From an uncultured Gammaproteobacteria bacterium (GTDB taxonomy: Bacteria > Patescibacteriota > Patescibacteriia > Patescibacteriales > WJLG01): a DNA stretch of 64,000 bases. The stretch lies in contig CAZJPG010000001.1 of the NCBI GenBank assembly GCA_964547855.1, positions 82,632 to 146,631 of the forward strand, given 5' to 3'. The translations under genes were made by a program, and so were the position numbers. The notes beneath the pieces are model-generated. The model was not told where the DNA came from and did not search any database. It worked only from the letters and a program-made list of their open reading frames with translations. This document shows positions 63,114 to 64,000 of this stretch, one piece after another. Within the stretch, counting starts at the first letter, position 1. Each line of letters opens with the position of its first letter.

Positions 63114-64000
63114 TCAAGAGCTGGACGAACCGATTATGCCGCGGCGACGCTTGCTTTCAGCCCTTTTCGGCATAATGCCATTCTTTATATTATAGGCAGC
63201 CTGGATGCGGCGGCGGCGCTCTGTCTCTTTAATAGCATAGCGCATGGCCGGAGTGACCGAATCGGCGTACATAATGACCTTGCCATTCTCATGGCGTGCG
63301 GCGCGCCCCATGGTCTGGATCAAAGAAGTTTCATTGCGCAAAAATCCTGACATGTCGGCATCTAAGATCGCCACTAACGAAACCTCTGGCAGATCTAAAC
63401 CTTCGCGCAATAAATTTATCCCGACCAAACAATCGAATTTTCCTTCGCGCAGATCGGCCAATATGTCGACTCTTTCCAGGGTATCGACCTCACTATGCAA
63501 ATAACGCACTTTCAACCCTTTATTCGAAAGATACTCCGTAAGTTCTTCGGCCATGCGCTTAGTCAAGGTCGTGACCAAAGTCCTTTCTTTTTTCTTTGCT
63601 CGCTCTTCTATCTCTTTCTCTAGATCAGAAAGCTGCCCCTCGGTCGGACGCACTTCCACTTCTGGGTCAAGAAGCCCAGTCGGGCGAATGAGCTGTTCGA
63701 CGACTTGCTCCGAAACATCCATCTCGTAGTTGCCTGGGGTAGCCGAAACATAGACCGCCTGATTGATCTTCTTTTCAAATTCATCGAAGGTCAAAGGACG
63801 ATTGTCTCGCGCCGATGGCAGACGAAAGCCGAAATTTACGAGGTTGTCCTTGCGAGCACGATCGCCGCCGAACATCGCCCTTACCTGTGGCAAGGTCACG
63901 TGCGACTCGTCTATGAACATTAAAAAATCTTCAGGAAAAAAATCTATCAAAGTGGCTGGCGGTTCGCCGGCCTTGCGCCCAGTCAAATGACGAGAGTAAT
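63114..64000 (-). CDS. uvrB: Excinuclease ABC subunit B, C-terminal part (gene continues beyond the right edge)
   Basis: [46 protein letters not shown], helicase motifs [35 protein letters not shown]. The frame is open to nt 64000. Confidence 0.95.
   Translation of the reverse strand, partial: YSRHLTGRKAGEPPATLIDFFPEDFLMFIDESHVTLPQVRAMFGGDRARKDNLVNFGFRLPSARDNRPLTFDEFEKKINQAVYVSATPGNYEMDVSEQVVEQLIRPTGLLDPEVEVRPTEGQLSDLEKEIEERAKKKERTLVTTLTKRMAEELTEYLSNKGLKVRYLHSEVDTLERVDILADLREGKFDCLVGINLLREGLDLPEVSLVAILDADMSGFLRNETSLIQTMGRAARHENGKVIMYADSVTPAMRYAIKETERRRRIQAAYNIKNGIMPKRAESKRRRGIIGSSSS

Noticed and set aside
1-64000. Search for CRISPR arrays, tRNA/rRNA genes, IS elements, integrases, prophage genes, reverse transcriptase or DGR components
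   Set aside because: I saw no regularly spaced direct repeats longer than 20 nt. No intergenic region has cloverleaf-like content or rRNA-like conservation. No ORF has transposase, integrase or RT motifs. A by-eye scan cannot exclude small ncRNAs.

Overview
The window is a gene-dense, mostly minus-strand chromosomal segment. I recognised no rRNA, tRNA, CRISPR array, transposase or integrase by eye. Most genes lack a Shine-Dalgarno (SD) sequence. Together with the gene content, this suggests an uncultivated small-genome bacterium, possibly Patescibacteria/CPR-like; that assignment is inference only.

Layout:
- 1-6575: two consecutive membrane-anchored DUF2341-type surface proteins. One is 1989 aa; the other runs off the left edge.
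- 6.9-26 kb: housekeeping genes. These include groES-groEL with a CIRCE operator and sigma70-like promoter, tatD, murA, galU with three GT2 genes, rlmN, a cyclophilin, rseP, frr and holB.
- 26.1-49.5 kb: a ~23 kb convergent surface-glycan island. It encodes a priming phosphotransferase, gmd and fcl, a short UDP-glucose-dehydrogenase-like protein, and an MBOAT with an SGNH/DltD-like partner. It also has a Wzx-like flippase, a GT-D-like protein, two methyltransferases (one interrupted by an in-frame TGA) and six GT4 genes, one of which is a double-domain fusion (seven GT4 domains). A GT-C-like membrane protein, an AsnB-type amidotransferase and a UDP-glucuronate 4-epimerase-like enzyme complete it.
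- 49.5-64 kb: a NifS/NifU-type Fe-S module, then a cell-wall block (L,D-transpeptidase with TSP3 repeats, a 786-aa unknown protein, mltG) and manC. Next come an orphan HlyD-type adaptor with a very long coiled coil plus a receiver-only response regulator. The segment ends with NUDIX, HIT and PfkB genes, two orphan hypotheticals and the 3' part of uvrB.

Best candidates for something new:
- The glycan island may be a GT-C-dependent glycosylation system, possibly acting on the Ser/Thr-rich giant protein.
- The giant DUF2341 pair itself.
- Three self-contained orphan transcription units (19.3-20.2 kb and 61.7-63.05 kb) carry strong SD sites, unlike their neighbours.

All homology calls come from reading the translations by eye. 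No searches were run.
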